A stretch of DNA of 45,913 nt, from the IMG/VR virus record IMGVR_UViG_3300044806_000023, positions 1 through 45,913 of that record; one strand, written 5' to 3'. The notes under the pieces were generated by a model that worked only from the letters and a program-made list of their open reading frames with translations, searched no databases and was not told the origin of the DNA. This DNA is from a virus. Taxonomy: Duplodnaviria; Caudoviricetes. Shown here piece after piece: positions 28,177-36,741 of this stretch (the stretch's first letter is position 1; the number at the start of each line of letters is the position of its first letter). The translations under genes were made by a program, and so were the position numbers.

Positions 28177-28368
28177 TTATGCGATTGCCGCTGCTTCACC
28201 ACCGATAGGTGGCATCTTTTTCAAAGTTACGTGAGCTGACCGATGGACCAACTCACCCTCAAACCAGTATTCGACCCAAGTGGTCAATTCGTTTTCGTTG
28301 TCAACGGTTCCTTCGCGCTTCTCCAGCAACGAATCGTCCATCTCACCTTTAGTTGTCGTGACTAACAT
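28177..28368 (-). CDS. Small conserved hypothetical protein (63 aa)
   Basis: TTKGEMDDSLLEK..WVEYW..GELVHRS; TAATG overlap. Confidence 0.75.
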   Translation of the reverse strand: MLVTTTKGEMDDSLLEKREGTVDNENELTTWVEYWFEGELVHRSAHVTLKKMPPIGGEAAAIA

Positions 28369-28793
28369 TACACCATCCTTATGATTGCAGCCGTGTTTGT
28401 AACGGCGGGGAACTGTACCGTGAATGTGGTTGTCGAGGTCTTGTCAGAACCAAAGTCCAACACACAAACAGACGCGAGGGAAGTCGCGTCGTAAATCAAT
28501 GCGCCACGGGCAGTCAATGCTGAAGTCCAAGTCACGTTAGCGAACGACATGTAGACAGTCGCAACCCCAGTCTGGTTACCAATAGTGGGCACCTGAGAGA
28601 TTGTCAGCGCTTCTCCGCCAGCCGTATAGCCGGTAGCCACAACCTCACCATCTGTGGTGTACGCAGTTGTGTCTGGGCCAATGCTCGCCGCGCCTGTGTA
28701 CAGGGCGATCTTGAACGAACCAGCAGCTAAGTCGTAGCTGCCGTCCATCATCCCGATCTTGAACGTGTTGGTCGCGCTTTGTGCGATTGTCAT
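28368..28793 (-). CDS. Virion structural protein
   Basis: FKIALY..TTAY..GEV..GYTAGG..ARGALIY..VLDFGSDKTST. Confidence 0.75.
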   Translation of the reverse strand: MTIAQSATNTFKIGMMDGSYDLAAGSFKIALYTGAASIGPDTTAYTTDGEVVATGYTAGGEALTISQVPTIGNQTGVATVYMSFANVTWTSALTARGALIYDATSLASVCVLDFGSDKTSTTTFTVQFPAVTNTAAIIRMV

Positions 28794-29470
28794 GAAGTGA
28801 CCTTAATCTTTGTTTGGCCATCACGATACGCATCACCACGCTCCAGACCATCGCCCAGACGTTTAGCCAAGCTGAGAGCTTCGTTGTACTTGGTGTTGTA
28901 GGCAATGGCCATATCAGCCTCGCCCTTCATGTAGGTGTATGCCTCAACCAAAGTGCCGTACAACAGCACTGAGTCAAAGTTGTCACCCAACCAAGTCGTA
29001 CCCGCAGTCACGATGGACTCTGGGTAGAAGTAGTAGTGCAGCTCAACCGTGTAGCCTGCGTCTGGTGTTGGACCAAGAATCAACGACAACTCATTCGTCA
29101 GCACTGGGTCTGGTGAAGGGGGTACTGTCGTGGTTGTTGGGCCAAAGATGGCGTAGTACTTAGGGAACGCGGTGTCCGTCGGCTTTGGATATGCCTGACG
29201 GATGAAGTTCACATCTTTGTTCAGCAGGTACTCATAGCTCCCGTCCGTGTCGACAACGGCCAGCGAATACGCTGACAAGAAATCATTCGGGCAAGAGATG
29301 TACTTGTTGCCTGCTGTGGTGGCCCCTGTCACGTTCTTGCGAAGCGACGGAAACTGAATAGAGTTGTAGATGCGCTGCTCCGCCTGTTTAATGAACGTGT
29401 TCATGTCAACAGTATCAAACGTGTTCTCCGTGTAATCGGAGACAGCGACAACAAGCTCTGCGTAGTTCAT
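28790..29470 (-). CDS. Head-tail adaptor protein
   Basis: MNYAEL..FIKQAEQRI..LGPTPD..TWL....LLYGTLVEAY pattern. Confidence 0.7.
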   Translation of the reverse strand: MNYAELVVAVSDYTENTFDTVDMNTFIKQAEQRIYNSIQFPSLRKNVTGATTAGNKYISCPNDFLSAYSLAVVDTDGSYEYLLNKDVNFIRQAYPKPTDTAFPKYYAIFGPTTTTVPPSPDPVLTNELSLILGPTPDAGYTVELHYYFYPESIVTAGTTWLGDNFDSVLLYGTLVEAYTYMKGEADMAIAYNTKYNEALSLAKRLGDGLERGDAYRDGQTKIKVTS

Positions 29471-29472
29471 AT

Positions 29473-29745
29473 TTAGGCCATTGGTCCACGGGCCATCAAG
29501 CCCTTAGTTGCAGCACCGGTACCACGGATTTTGATGCCTGTGGTCTTGACGTCGTCACGAGCTGGGTTACCCGCACTCACGCGAGGGGCCACGGTACGTG
29601 GAGACATTTGCTCCGCAGACAAAGTGTTTGGGTCCTTCATCTTCTTCGCACCGGTACCGGCTTTGCCGTCCATAGTGTGTGGCTTGGCGTAGACGCTGGC
29701 GTCGCCAACTTCTTTACCCATCATTTTTTTGCTGAATTTAGCCAT
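29473..29745 (-). CDS. Small basic protein
   Basis: Lys-rich; GIKIRGTGAATKG; GAGG SD. Confidence 0.75.
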   Translation of the reverse strand: MAKFSKKMMGKEVGDASVYAKPHTMDGKAGTGAKKMKDPNTLSAEQMSPRTVAPRVSAGNPARDDVKTTGIKIRGTGAATKGLMARGPMA

Positions 29746-29747
29746 GA

Positions 29748-29942
29748 TTAGCCTCGCTTTTGGTTTGCAACTTTAGCCATGCCACGACCCATGCTCATCA
29801 TGTCCGCGTCAGTTTTGCCGCCCTTGCCGCCTTTGCTGCTCTTGCCTTTTTGGGCTGCAACCATAGGACCGCTGTCACCGAGGTTCTTGCCCTTGGTTTT
29901 ACCTTTTGTATTTACGCCTTGTGCGCCTGATTTGAAAGACAT
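29748..29942 (-). CDS. Small basic protein (64 aa)
   Basis: AAGGAG SD before ATG 29942; KGKTKGK motif. Confidence 0.7.
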   Translation of the reverse strand: MSFKSGAQGVNTKGKTKGKNLGDSGPMVAAQKGKSSKGGKGGKTDADMMSMGRGMAKVANQKRG

Positions 29943-29952
29943 GTTCGACTCC

Positions 29953-30381
29953 TTACGTCGTTGATATGGTGACTGTACCAATTTCCACAGTTAAAGCCAA
30001 GTAGTTTGGCGTTAAACCTGCATCATCTAATGCCGCGCCACCAACAGGGTTCCAGCCCCATTGTATGTTGCGACTGCCCTCACTCTGGAACCCTTGCTCC
30101 AAAGTGCTTGTGCTGTTACCCGTGCGAATTTGCAAGCCTGTTGTACCACCTGCTACATAGCTGCGGTCAGGGCGTGGGTTACGCAAACCTTGTGGATCAT
30201 CAACCGGATACATACCCAGTTGAAGCTGTGGTTGGTCAGGGTCCCAGCACTCTGGGCACACCAAGAGCTCGTAGTTCTTGGTCTTGATAATCTCGCGCTT
30301 GAGGACTTTCAACTTGAACCGCTGATCGCAACGGTCGCATTGAGCAATCGCCCATTTGCCACTGGCGAAGCGGTTACCCAT
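29953..30381 (-). CDS. Zn-ribbon protein
   Basis: CDRC...CPEC, then D.PQL..DPQ.L..PRPD. Confidence 0.75.
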   Translation of the reverse strand: MGNRFASGKWAIAQCDRCDQRFKLKVLKREIIKTKNYELLVCPECWDPDQPQLQLGMYPVDDPQGLRNPRPDRSYVAGGTTGLQIRTGNSTSTLEQGFQSEGSRNIQWGWNPVGGAALDDAGLTPNYLALTVEIGTVTISTT

Positions 30382-31310
30382 TAGGTGCCCCCGATGTACT
30401 GCTGACGCGGTACAAATCGAATCGCGGCCTTCTCATGGTCTTCATAAGCGGCCAATTCCCAAGCTTCGTCGTACTGTTGTTTCAGCATCATGAGGCGCTC
30501 AGCGCCTTCTGGAATCTTGCCAGCGACGTAATAGGCCAAACCAGCGGCCATACAAGGGATGAATCGGAAAGGTACGTCCATGACGTTCACACCGCCGCCC
30601 GCATCTTGGGTACGGCGGAGACGCCAGTAAACAAATTGATAGGTCTGGGCACCATCTGGAGTCGGCCACACCGTCACAGCGGGGAGGTTCTGCACGGAGA
30701 CGGCATCGCCAGAAGAGTGAGTTGCTGCGGTAGTACCGTTCTGGCCACGGAAACAGCCAGTCAAGTCGTTGCCGCTGATTGCTGTGTAGTTGATGGTCTC
30801 GCTGCCGATGAGCACGAAGCCCGCCGCTGGCATACCTTGGGTTGAAACTACCGTAATCGTTGAGTCAGTAGCCGATATGCCACTCGCAAGAGTCGTGATT
30901 GACGCCGCAGTCTGCCCATCCAATCTTTGGACCCATACCTGAATCGGACGAGCCTGCTGAAGCTTGTTTGGGAGGGTCGCATAGGTCGAGACGCTGATAC
31001 GTGTGATGGTCAAGTCAGCTTGGTTAGAAGTCTGACCGGCTTGTGTGCGGATGACGTGCTCAAGCAAATCAACGGTGTCATTGGGCAGGGCGTAGGTGCT
31101 CTGGCCTTGAACCAAGTCGATCTGACCTTGCTCAATCGTCCACATGTTGATGCCACGGTTCGCCCAGTCGGCGAACATGATGTTGAGGCTACGACGAGCT
31201 GTGCGCAGGTCATAACCTGAACGCAGTTCACGTCCGGCGCGCTCGAACGCTTCCTCGACCAACTCAGTTAGTTCGAGGTTAAAAGAGGTTTGACCGGATG
31301 TGACTGCCAT
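30381..31310 (-). CDS. Head-tail connector/adaptor with inserted beta domain
   Basis: EEAFERAG..GYDLRTARRSLN..WANRG; VWPTPD; VPFRFIPC. Confidence 0.75.
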   Translation of the reverse strand: MAVTSGQTSFNLELTELVEEAFERAGRELRSGYDLRTARRSLNIMFADWANRGINMWTIEQGQIDLVQGQSTYALPNDTVDLLEHVIRTQAGQTSNQADLTITRISVSTYATLPNKLQQARPIQVWVQRLDGQTAASITTLASGISATDSTITVVSTQGMPAAGFVLIGSETINYTAISGNDLTGCFRGQNGTTAATHSSGDAVSVQNLPAVTVWPTPDGAQTYQFVYWRLRRTQDAGGGVNVMDVPFRFIPCMAAGLAYYVAGKIPEGAERLMMLKQQYDEAWELAAYEDHEKAAIRFVPRQQYIGGT

Positions 31311-31313
31311 AGT

Positions 31314-31550
31314 TTATTTCTTCGCTGTTTTTGCAGAGTCAATAAATGCTTGAGCCGTTGGCGCGCCTTTGGCACCGGGCTTGCGCATCTTTTCTCCACG
31401 CTTACGCTTGGCGTTGATGTTAGCGTACAAACCCACTTTCCCCCCAGCAGCGTACACGTCGACAGGGTAGTCCCCATCGCGCTTCTTGACCACCTTGGGT
31501 TTAGGCATCTTGGAGGCGGCGACCGCCCCCATGCCACGGCTCGCCAACAT
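31314..31550 (-). CDS. Small basic protein
   Basis: MLASRGMG; GLYANINAKRKRGEKMRKPG. Confidence 0.75.
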   Translation of the reverse strand: MLASRGMGAVAASKMPKPKVVKKRDGDYPVDVYAAGGKVGLYANINAKRKRGEKMRKPGAKGAPTAQAFIDSAKTAKK

Positions 31551-31972
31551 CAGCACATCTTCCCACGAGTTTTACCCCGTGATGCCATGCCATCGGCACG
31601 GCGAGAAGCTGACGAACCAATCATGCCGCCCTTGGCTTTGTTCAAAGGCTTGCCGTCAACGCGAATACCGCTACCGGGTTCTTCGTACACAGGCTTCTCG
31701 CCCTTCTTAGGGCTACGAGTAGCAGATGCGCCGTCGATGTCTTGGGGGACTTTGCCACCATCAGCCATCTTCTTGGTCATGCCACCCTTTTTCATACCTT
31801 GGCCAGCAACGGCTTGCGTGCCAGCGGGGCCAGCTGCGGCGGCTTTTTTCTTTTCCTCTTCGGCTTTAGCCTCGGCTTCGAGCTGGCTCTTCTTGCCAAT
31901 CAAATCGCCAAACATGCCCTCGCCTTTGAGAGCGCCGTAAACAGGGGAGAGGTCTCCTAATTTGATACCCAT
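31550..31972 (-). CDS. Small basic protein
   Basis: AAGG SD; SASRRADGMASRGKTRG C terminus. Confidence 0.75.
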   Translation of the reverse strand: MGIKLGDLSPVYGALKGEGMFGDLIGKKSQLEAEAKAEEEKKKAAAAGPAGTQAVAGQGMKKGGMTKKMADGGKVPQDIDGASATRSPKKGEKPVYEEPGSGIRVDGKPLNKAKGGMIGSSASRRADGMASRGKTRGKMC

Positions 31973-31981
31973 GATTCTTCC

Positions 31982-32731
31982 TTAGTAAGTTTTTGCTGTA
32001 CGAGCACCGCGAGCGATACCCCAACCTTTTACACCACCGCCAGACTTGAAGTTATCCTTCATGCCTTTAGGGCCAGCCAACCATGCGTTGGGATTCAATG
32101 TCTTAGCTTCACGAGCGGCGCGAGTAGATTTAGCAGCGGTCTTCACGGCCTTTGCAACCTTCTCGGTTTTCTCAGCGGCTTCAGCTACCTTCGGAGCAGC
32201 TTGAGCAGCCTTGTTTGCTGCCATACCTTCACGAGCGGCCAAAGACAAACCGGTAACCAACTTGCCCGGACCCATGCCGTTCATAAAGGCGGATGCGTTG
32301 CGAGAAAGTTCAGTACTGTCCACTGAGTTACCGTTACCAGCCGTTGGGCCAGCACCAGCTTTACCACCTGTGGGGATAGCAGCGATCAACTCAGCACGAG
32401 TGCGGTTACGGGGTGGGTTTGCGCCCATAGTACCCTTTGGTGCGCCTTCAGCGGGACGGCCACGGGTCGTACCAGCTTCGTCATCCACGCTAGCGGTGCT
32501 ACGAGAAGACTTGCTTTCCATCTTGGCGGAAGCGGGCTTGGTAGACACCTTAGCTGCGGTAGTACGGGAAACGGTCTTCTCGCCAGAACCTTCGTCCTCG
32601 CTACCTTTTTCCGATTGCTCTTGCACGTACTTCATCGCACGAGCGCGAGTGTCGTCGTCGATACCAGAGTTTTGACCTTCGGTCACGCCACCTTCGTCGT
32701 AGCGCTTGGACTTGAATTTAAATTTTGCCAT
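31982..32731 (-). CDS. Disordered Ala/Lys-rich protein
   Basis: AAGGAG SD before ATG 32731; low complexity; GGVKGWGIARG end. Confidence 0.75.
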   Translation of the reverse strand: MAKFKFKSKRYDEGGVTEGQNSGIDDDTRARAMKYVQEQSEKGSEDEGSGEKTVSRTTAAKVSTKPASAKMESKSSRSTASVDDEAGTTRGRPAEGAPKGTMGANPPRNRTRAELIAAIPTGGKAGAGPTAGNGNSVDSTELSRNASAFMNGMGPGKLVTGLSLAAREGMAANKAAQAAPKVAEAAEKTEKVAKAVKTAAKSTRAAREAKTLNPNAWLAGPKGMKDNFKSGGGVKGWGIARGARTAKTY

Positions 32732-32741
32732 GATGGACTCC

Positions 32742-33161
32742 TTATTTCTTTTTGGCCATGCCGCCGCCACACATGGCGATCATTTTGCCCTTGGTTTTAC
32801 CCTTGGACTCGACGCCACCGCCCTTGGCCAACTTAGACAAGTTGGTTTTCTTGCCAGCGTGTAGCTGTTTATCGTGCATTTTGACGGCTTTCTTGATGAT
32901 CGCCTTGTCTTGTTTGATGTCTTGCTTGTCCATAGTTTCACCGCCTTTGCTGAATAGAGCCATCTTCCCGTGTCGGGTTTTTGGGTTGTTTGCTTTTTGC
33001 AAGTCAGGACGAGTCTTAGCGCCTGCGCCAAACTTCAACCCCTTACTCTTCTCACTGAATTCCTTGGCTACAGTTGTAGGCACGTCAGCTGCTTTTGCAA
33101 ATGCTGGGTTGTGCGCTGCGGCGTCCATGAACTTCTTTTGTTTTTCACTTGTTGCTGGCAT
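32742..33161 (-). CDS. Small basic protein
   Basis: GGAG SD; MPATSEKQKKFM..AAHNP; D.KQDK..IKKAVKMHD..LH. Confidence 0.75.
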   Translation of the reverse strand: MPATSEKQKKFMDAAAHNPAFAKAADVPTTVAKEFSEKSKGLKFGAGAKTRPDLQKANNPKTRHGKMALFSKGGETMDKQDIKQDKAIIKKAVKMHDKQLHAGKKTNLSKLAKGGGVESKGKTKGKMIAMCGGGMAKKK

Positions 33162-33393
33162 GTTTGTTCTCCATAAGGCGGTCCAGTTTTTCATCCAGCC
33201 TATCAAGGCGGTCCAATACGCGGTTAATGTCGGCGTGGACTTCGGTTTTGGTGACGTACTCTTTGGCAACTTCTTCGCGAGTGCGGTTAAGGAGGATCGT
33301 GACGCGGCTGAGCTCATCGGACTTCTCCTTAAGCACCCAAGTCAACAAGCCCATGCCTGCTGACAAAACAATGTTCCAAATCATGCCTTCCAT
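33145..33393 (-). CDS. Small protein with N-terminal TM and coiled coil
   Basis: IWNIVLSAGMGLLTWVL; LLNRTREE..EYVTK..LDEKLD. Confidence 0.7.
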   Translation of the reverse strand: MEGMIWNIVLSAGMGLLTWVLKEKSDELSRVTILLNRTREEVAKEYVTKTEVHADINRVLDRLDRLDEKLDRLMENKHASNK

Positions 33394-33394
33394 C

Positions 33395-33652
33395 TCAGCA
33401 CTTCCAACGGGCTAGAGATGCGGCTTTACGAGTGGGCTTACCCTTCTCGTCTTTCATTGGGCCGGGCATACCAGACATGCGGGCGCAGAATGAGTCCTTG
33501 CGCTTGCCGCCTTGTGGCTGGGGTGCCTTGAGGTTGCTGCCAGTAGCAGCGTTGTATTTAGCACGGCCCTTGGCTGTGAGACCCGCGCCCTTAGACGCTG
33601 GGAGTTTCTCGCCACGACCAACCGCCAACGATGGAGTCTTCTTAGTTGCCAT
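33395..33652 (-). CDS. Small basic conserved phage protein
   Basis: GLTAKGRAKYN..NLKAP..RKDSFCARM..RWKC. Confidence 0.75.
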   Translation of the reverse strand: MATKKTPSLAVGRGEKLPASKGAGLTAKGRAKYNAATGSNLKAPQPQGGKRKDSFCARMSGMPGPMKDEKGKPTRKAASLARWKC

Positions 33653-34394
33653 TGACGACTTTCAGTTTGGGTGTGCAGTGCTGGGCCAGCAACGGCTGCA
33701 ACACGTCTTCGTTGAAGTCACGAGAGAACTTCTCTTGGCCGACGTGAGGCAGGCTGATTGATGGGTCGAGGTAAACCGTGAAGCCGTCTTTGGCTGCGCG
33801 GTCACAGAAGAGGTAGTCTTCGCCGTAGTACTCGTTCTCCATGATGCCCAGATCAAAGATAGCGTGGTCAGTACGTTCGTTGACGTTGTTGTAGTAGGAC
33901 CATTCTGGATGCTTGTCGCGCATGGTCTCAAGGACGTGGCGTTGAATCATCATGAAGCCTGTACCGATGCGGCGTACGCGCAACATACCGTTGGCGTCGA
34001 ACTCCAGAGCACCGTCGCCATCCAAGTAGTAGTCCAAGAAGAACTTGCGGTCCATACCGCGACGAGGATAGATACCAGCAGTGATGTCTTTGTCCAAGCT
34101 CAACGCCATGAGGCGGAGCACTGCGTCGGCATTGATGACAACGTCGGCGTCAACAAACAACAATGTGTCTGCGTCGGACGCCAGAAAGTCCGCAACAAGA
34201 GCGTTGCGAGCCTTCGTAATAAGGGAGCACCCCGAGAGGTGCGTGAGGTAAAGCTTAACCCCCAAGTGACCCACCTGAACGGCGAGGTTGGACAAGGCGA
34301 AAGCTGAATCAATGTTCAACTTACCGTCATAGGCCGGGATGCAAATCATCAATTTGCGCCCAGCTAGGTTAATGCTTTTCTCAGTATCAGCCAT
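33642..34394 (-). CDS. GT-A fold (GT2-like) glycosyltransferase
   Basis: ICIPAY, SLITKARN, LFVDAD (DxD), GTGFMMI, GEDYLFC, HVG. Confidence 0.85.
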   Translation of the reverse strand: MADTEKSINLAGRKLMICIPAYDGKLNIDSAFALSNLAVQVGHLGVKLYLTHLSGCSLITKARNALVADFLASDADTLLFVDADVVINADAVLRLMALSLDKDITAGIYPRRGMDRKFFLDYYLDGDGALEFDANGMLRVRRIGTGFMMIQRHVLETMRDKHPEWSYYNNVNERTDHAIFDLGIMENEYYGEDYLFCDRAAKDGFTVYLDPSISLPHVGQEKFSRDFNEDVLQPLLAQHCTPKLKVVNGN

Positions 34395-35140
34395 TAAGCA
34401 CCATCGTTCTTAATCAAGTAACCTTCGGCAGCGATAGACACCGCGTAGGTGTTTGCACTTGTCTTAGCTTGCAACTGGATGTCTGTCTTTTCAGTAAAAG
34501 CACGAGGCATCACGCGTTGAGCATGATAAGTGTTTGTGAATGGCGCTTGTTGCGACAAGGTTGTCACACCAGACGACGATGTGGCCACGTTGCGATACTG
34601 AATCCAGTCTGCGGATGAACCGTTAGCTGATGTGTATGCGTCAATGCGGCTCAAATAGAACGTGTAGCCAGCAGGAACCGTGTATATGGCCATTTGCGAA
34701 CGACCAATACTTGGGTTAATCTGAGCGTAAGTCACACTGTTTGCTGTGTTCTTGAGCGTGATGGTGCCAGTTGGCGCGCCAGCAGTAACGGTAATGTTTG
34801 TGATTCGCAAATAAGACTTTGTTGTCACTGCAACAGTAGTTCCCGTTAACGCAAGCGTCTCAGAAATTACTTTGTAGTTTGCATCCAAACCGCTAATCAA
34901 AACTGTAGTGCCAGATAAGTCATCACCTGTGTTCACGCTACTTGCCAAGTGCATAGTTGCAGCAGAAGCAGGGTAAGCGTATGCGCCAGCAACTTCCCAA
35001 ACCGGGATGTTTGTTGTTGTTACGGATACTTGAAAACCGTAAATGTTGACCGTGCTGTGGCCTGTGATCTGGCCGCGAGCGACTTGCAAGTCAAACGGTT
35101 CAATCAAGCCAAAACGGCTGATAGACGAAACGATTGCCAT
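34394..35140 (-). CDS. Virion structural protein (beta-rich)
   Basis: AAGGAG SD; FDLQVARGQI.GH; GLDANY; QMAIYTVPAG; EKTDI. Confidence 0.7.
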   Translation of the reverse strand: MAIVSSISRFGLIEPFDLQVARGQITGHSTVNIYGFQVSVTTTNIPVWEVAGAYAYPASAATMHLASSVNTGDDLSGTTVLISGLDANYKVISETLALTGTTVAVTTKSYLRITNITVTAGAPTGTITLKNTANSVTYAQINPSIGRSQMAIYTVPAGYTFYLSRIDAYTSANGSSADWIQYRNVATSSSGVTTLSQQAPFTNTYHAQRVMPRAFTEKTDIQLQAKTSANTYAVSIAAEGYLIKNDGA

Positions 35141-35157
35141 AATCAATCTCCTTGTTT

Positions 35158-35179
35158 AAAACAGGGGGCCGAAGCCCCC
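35158..35179 (-). terminator. Hairpin terminator after the decoration gene
   Basis: GGGGGC-TTCG-GCCCCC-TGTTTT on the - strand. Confidence 0.65.
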
Positions 35180-35187
35180 GAGATCAA

Positions 35188-35652
35188 TTACTGTTGCGAA
35201 GCAGACTGGGCTTGAGCACCATTCGAGCCACGCACTGCGTACGTGATAACGATGGTTGCAGCGCCAGTGGTCAAACCTGTACCGGCCAATGTGTAGGTGA
35301 TGAATGTGTCAGAAGAACCGACGTTCAACCATTTACCGGGTGTAGTTGCGTTAGCGCCCAAGACCACGCTACCAACAGAAGTGATAGTGCCAGTAGTAGT
35401 GAAATCTTCGCCGCCGATGCTGAGCTTAGCTGTAGTAGCTGCGCTGAACACGGTAGTGGTCACGACCTTGATGTCCACGATCTGTGAACCAGCGGGGATA
35501 GAGATGGCGTTGCCAGTCAAGGTGCCGAACACGACGTCTTTAGACTGAGAAACAACGGTGCAACCAGTGTTTTGAGTGGTAGCAGCAGTAGTGCCAGTAG
35601 TGTTTTTAACAGTGCCCAACAACCAAGGGCCAAGGTGAGTTGCGAATCCCAT
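35188..35652 (-). CDS. Capsid decoration/minor capsid protein
   Basis: TAAGGAG SD before ATG 35652; ATHLGP; IPAGSQIVDI; Thr-rich; follows the major capsid gene. Confidence 0.7.
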   Translation of the reverse strand: MGFATHLGPWLLGTVKNTTGTTAATTQNTGCTVVSQSKDVVFGTLTGNAISIPAGSQIVDIKVVTTTVFSAATTAKLSIGGEDFTTTGTITSVGSVVLGANATTPGKWLNVGSSDTFITYTLAGTGLTTGAATIVITYAVRGSNGAQAQSASQQ

Positions 35653-35665
35653 GAGGATCTCCTTA

Positions 35666-35736
35666 CATGCGTTGAGGTGCTTCAGTCTGCATGAGGTCAG
35701 CCGGACCTGTCTGAAACACCGAAAAAATTCCGGTTG
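35666..35736 (-). ncRNA. Structured RNA downstream of the gpT-like capsid gene (candidate Mu-gpT-DE motif)
   Basis: GGTGTTTCAG/CTGAAGCACC stem, inner AGGTC/GACCT hairpin, possible CCGG and CATGC/GCATG pseudoknot pairings. Confidence 0.65.
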
Positions 35737-35760
35737 GGGTGAATATACACCCAAAAAGAA

Positions 35761-35790
35761 CAAAAGAAAAGGGACCGAAGTCCCTTTTCT
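35761..35790 (-). terminator. Rho-independent terminator after the major capsid gene
   Basis: AGAAAAGGGAC-TTCG-GTCCCTTTTCT-TTTG. Confidence 0.85.
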
Positions 35791-35798
35791 TAGTTGGC

Positions 35799-36731
35799 TT
35801 AGTTAGAGCCAGAGCTACCCCAGATACCCAGAGCATCAGACCAGCCGAAGCTGTAACGCTCGCGGGCCTTGTAACGCACGTTACCGGTATCGAAGTCGCC
35901 GTCCATGCTGTTTTGCAGCGGTGTACGAACGAAGTGCTTCAAACCGTTAGGCACGTCTGTAGTCAAGAACCAAGCGTTGTTGTCGGTCAAGAAGTTGTTA
36001 ACGGTGTAGCCTTCTGGCACAGAACCGTTGTTCTTGATCGCGTTGATGTCGTTGTCAGTTGTACCAACGCGGAGGTTAGTTTCCAACAAACGAGTAGCAA
36101 CGAATTGCAAGCTTGGGGGAACAATCATCTTCTTAGGCTTAGCAGCGATCAACAGGCCACGTTCGTCTGTCCAAGCAGCGATTTGAATAACGGCGGCTTC
36201 CAAAGAAGTCTCGTTCAAGTCAGCTTGAGTAGAAGGTGTGTTGGCGTTGGTGCCACCAGAGATCAACGGATGGTTGACCAAAGAGCTAGAGCTGTTGTAA
36301 CCGAACAATGACACACCGTCACCACCCAAGTAGCCACCGTTGAAGCCGTTGTTCAACACGGCTGCGGCTTTAACTTGCTTGGTGTAAGCCATGGCGCGAG
36401 CCAAAGACTTGGTGTAGCGGGCAGACAAGCTGTCGTACAAGTTATCTTCCACAGCTTCTTCAGTGATGGAGAAGCCCAGAGCGATAGTCTCGTGGTTGTA
36501 GCGAGTCGACCATGCTTCTTGTGCATTGTCGTAAGAGATTGCAGAGCCTTCGTTCTTCACTGGAGCAGCGGAGAAACCAGACAACTTCACCTCTTCTTCA
36601 AAGCTACGCTCTGAAGTTTCGGTTTCGTAAATCTCTTTGTGTTGCTCACCGTAGCGAGCGTATTCCATGCCGAACAAAGCGTTCAAGCCGGGGAGCAGTT
36701 CTTTAAGTAACTGTGCGCGTGAAATAGCCAT
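35799..36731 (-). CDS. Major capsid protein (Mu gpT-like, HK97 fold)
   Basis: MAISRAQLLKELLPGLNALFG; K.EG..I.YD; YKARERYSFGWSD; AAGGAG SD; downstream terminator. Confidence 0.9.
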   Translation of the reverse strand: MAISRAQLLKELLPGLNALFGMEYARYGEQHKEIYETETSERSFEEEVKLSGFSAAPVKNEGSAISYDNAQEAWSTRYNHETIALGFSITEEAVEDNLYDSLSARYTKSLARAMAYTKQVKAAAVLNNGFNGGYLGGDGVSLFGYNSSSSLVNHPLISGGTNANTPSTQADLNETSLEAAVIQIAAWTDERGLLIAAKPKKMIVPPSLQFVATRLLETNLRVGTTDNDINAIKNNGSVPEGYTVNNFLTDNNAWFLTTDVPNGLKHFVRTPLQNSMDGDFDTGNVRYKARERYSFGWSDALGIWGSSGSN

Positions 36732-36741
36732 GATTTACTCC

